Shown here piece after piece: positions 62,437 to 64,000 of a stretch of DNA of 64,000 nt. Numbering within the stretch: the first letter of the stretch is position 1; every line of letters begins with the position of its first letter. The notes beneath the pieces were generated by a model, which searched no databases, had not been told where the DNA came from, and saw only the letters and a list, made by a program, of their open reading frames with translations. This DNA comes from Candidatus Omnitrophota bacterium (GTDB lineage Bacteria; Omnitrophota; Gorgyraeia; Duberdicusellales; 4484-171): positions 637,855 through 701,854 of the forward strand of contig JBAZGN010000001.1 of assembly GCA_041652815.1 (NCBI GenBank), written 5' to 3'. The translations under genes were made by a program, and so were the position numbers.

Positions 62437-63003
62437 ATGAGCTTTGCAGATAAATTAAGTATCCTACGAATACTTCTCATACCTGTTTTTGTTTCTCTTC
62501 TTTTTTATTTTAATGAAACCAGGCTTTACCTAAGATATGTTTTGCTTACGGTATTTGGCATAGCCGTGCTTACTGATTTTTTTGACGGCTTGGTTGCGCG
62601 TATTAAAAAAGAAAAGTCAGAGATAGGCCAGGTTATTGACCCTCTTGCGGATAAATTACTTTTACTTACGGCTTTTATTTCTCTTTATGCATTGCGTAAT
62701 TCACTTCCTTTAAATCATCAAATCCCGTTATGGGTCGTTTTGGTTATAGTAAGCCGGGATCTCATCATACTCCTCGGTGTCATAATACTTTATTTTTTGA
62801 AAATAGAAATTCCTATTGCACCATCTATGTGGGGTAAATTTACCACTTTCTTTCAGATGATTACTATCCTAAGTGTTATTATGGATTTACCTTTTTCTAA
62901 TTTTATCTGGATTTTTGCAGTCATTTTTACTTTAATCTCCGGCATCGGATATTTTTCAAGAGGAGTAAAATCTATAAGCGCCAAAACATCCGCTAATGGA
63001 TAG
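62437..63003 (+). CDS. pgsA: CDP-diacylglycerol--glycerol-3-phosphate 3-phosphatidyltransferase.
   Basis: CDP-alcohol phosphatidyltransferase motif DFFDGLVAR ... G ... DPLADKLL. Confidence 0.85.
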   Translation: MSFADKLSILRILLIPVFVSLLFYFNETRLYLRYVLLTVFGIAVLTDFFDGLVARIKKEKSEIGQVIDPLADKLLLLTAFISLYALRNSLPLNHQIPLWVVLVIVSRDLIILLGVIILYFLKIEIPIAPSMWGKFTTFFQMITILSVIMDLPFSNFIWIFAVIFTLISGIGYFSRGVKSISAKTSANG

Positions 63004-63020
63004 TCGACTACAGGCAAGCC

Positions 63021-63620
63021 ATGCGAGAAATAATTTTTCTTATTTTTACGTATCTTATTGGAAGCATACCCTTCGGGTTTGTTATAGCTTATCTTGTAAA
63101 AGGTATAGACATAAGGAAGTTCGGTTCCGGTAACATAGGCGCAACTAATGTTGTGAGGGTAGTTGGGAAGAAATGGGGGATTCTAGTTTTTGTTCTTGAT
63201 TTTTTAAAAGGTTTTTTCCCGCTGTTTCTTGCTAAATTTGTCCTTAACCCAACTAATTCCATATATATAGTTTCTGCTATATTATGCATCTGCGGACATA
63301 ACTGGCCAATATTTTTAAAGTTTAAGGGGGGTAAGGGTGTTGCAACCTCAATTGGCGCTGCTTGCGGCTTAAGCATTATTTTTCCTAATTTGTGGTTTGT
63401 GCTTTTGATTTCGTTATGCGTTTGGCTATTGTTCTTTTTTGTCTTCAGGTTCGTTTCTATTGCTTCACTTTTATTGGGTTTATCTTTCTTTGTTTCTTCC
63501 CTGATATTTCCGTTGCCTAAAGAAATAAGGATATTTGCTTTAATCCTATGTTTATTCATTTTTATTCGCCATAAAAAGAATATAAAAAACATTTTTGCAA
63601 AACAGGAACACCGGTTCTAA
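63021..63620 (+). CDS. plsY: Glycerol-3-phosphate acyltransferase PlsY.
   Basis: GSGNIGATN motif; about 200-aa membrane protein. Confidence 0.85.
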   Translation: MREIIFLIFTYLIGSIPFGFVIAYLVKGIDIRKFGSGNIGATNVVRVVGKKWGILVFVLDFLKGFFPLFLAKFVLNPTNSIYIVSAILCICGHNWPIFLKFKGGKGVATSIGAACGLSIIFPNLWFVLLISLCVWLLFFFVFRFVSIASLLLGLSFFVSSLIFPLPKEIRIFALILCLFIFIRHKKNIKNIFAKQEHRF

Positions 63621-63630
63621 AAAAGTAGAA

Positions 63631-63694
63631 GTTACAAATGTTACGAAAGTTACGTAGGTTACGAATGTCACAATTTAAATGTAACCTTCGTAAC
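63631..63694. repeat. Family-5 palindromic element, copy 3 (GTTACAAATGTTACGAAAGTTACGTAGGTTACGAATGTCACA ... TGTAACCTTCGTAAC), 20 nt upstream of recA.
   Basis: Seen directly. Confidence 0.6.
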
Positions 63695-63714
63695 ATAAAA
63701 AATAAGGAGGAGCC

Positions 63715-64000
63715 ATGACAAAAGAAAAAACTATTATGGATGGGAAAAAAAAAGCGCTTGAGTTGGCACTTTCGCAGATAGAAAAACAATTTGGAAAGGG
63801 TGCAATAATGCGCCTTGGCGAAGGCGTAAAATTGGATGTTGAAATTATACCGACAGGCATAATTTCGTTAGATAAGGCTCTTGGCGTAGGCGGGCTTCCA
63901 AAGGGCAGGGTAATTGAAATATTTGGCCCTGAAGCATCCGGGAAAACCACTCTTACCTTAAGCATAATCGCGCAAGCTCAAGGCGCAGGCGGTACTGCGG
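63715..64000 (+). CDS. recA: Recombinase RecA, N-terminal 95 aa; continues beyond the window.
   Basis: [29 protein letters not shown] (Walker A); RBS AAGGAGG 5 nt upstream. Confidence 0.85.
   Translation, partial: MTKEKTIMDGKKKALELALSQIEKQFGKGAIMRLGEGVKLDVEIIPTGIISLDKALGVGGLPKGRVIEIFGPEASGKTTLTLSIIAQAQGAGGTA

Overview
This 64 kb window is AT-rich and gene-dense, and reads as core chromosome of a Gram-negative (diderm) bacterium. The diderm call rests on lpxB, an lpxL-family acyltransferase, msbA, lptE, a bamD-like gene and lnt. Almost all long ORFs are housekeeping genes: argS (3' part), recJ, rpmB, a tandem-domain thyX, nfo, leuS, comEA/comEC, lptE, rpsT, murJ, uvrC, ogt-like, pilT, prfB, secA, lnt, a CDF transporter, a ROK kinase, a LacI regulator, nrdJ, gpmA, mnmG, lpxB, msbA, rpsB-tsf-pyrH-frr, a PTS-Ntr module (ptsN, yvcK-like, npr, ptsI), an aromatic amino-acid block (pheA, hisC-like, DAHP synthase, tyrA), cmk, lepA, two lepB paralogs, pgsA, plsY and the 5' part of recA. 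There are five tRNA genes: Leu-CAA, Ala-GGC, Lys-UUU, Leu-UAG and Gly-GCC. No CRISPR array, transposase or phage genes are visible. The least ordinary content is in the intergenic DNA, not the proteins. First, four of the five tRNAs are each followed at about 60-180 nt by a conserved two-helix RNA-like module. Its stems show compensatory base changes, and it ends in a copy of the 3' T-loop/acceptor strand of the upstream tRNA, sometimes with its trailer, so it looks like a tRNA 3'-half mimic. Second, a 3 x 123 bp perfect tandem array abuts tRNA-Leu(CAA), and every unit begins with the first 12 nt of that tRNA. Third, at least eight families of short palindromic, MITE/REP-like elements recur in intergenic spacers, and several sit at promoters. 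One family, a large inverted repeat of GTTACGAAGGTTACA, lies immediately upstream of recA, thyX and one other gene and may be an operator. Tandem NrdR-type boxes 31 bp apart precede nrdJ. One operon (lipoprotein, radical-SAM/SPASM enzyme, Ski2-like helicase, TPR protein) is functionally unassigned. All protein calls rest on motif recognition by eye; no database search was possible.
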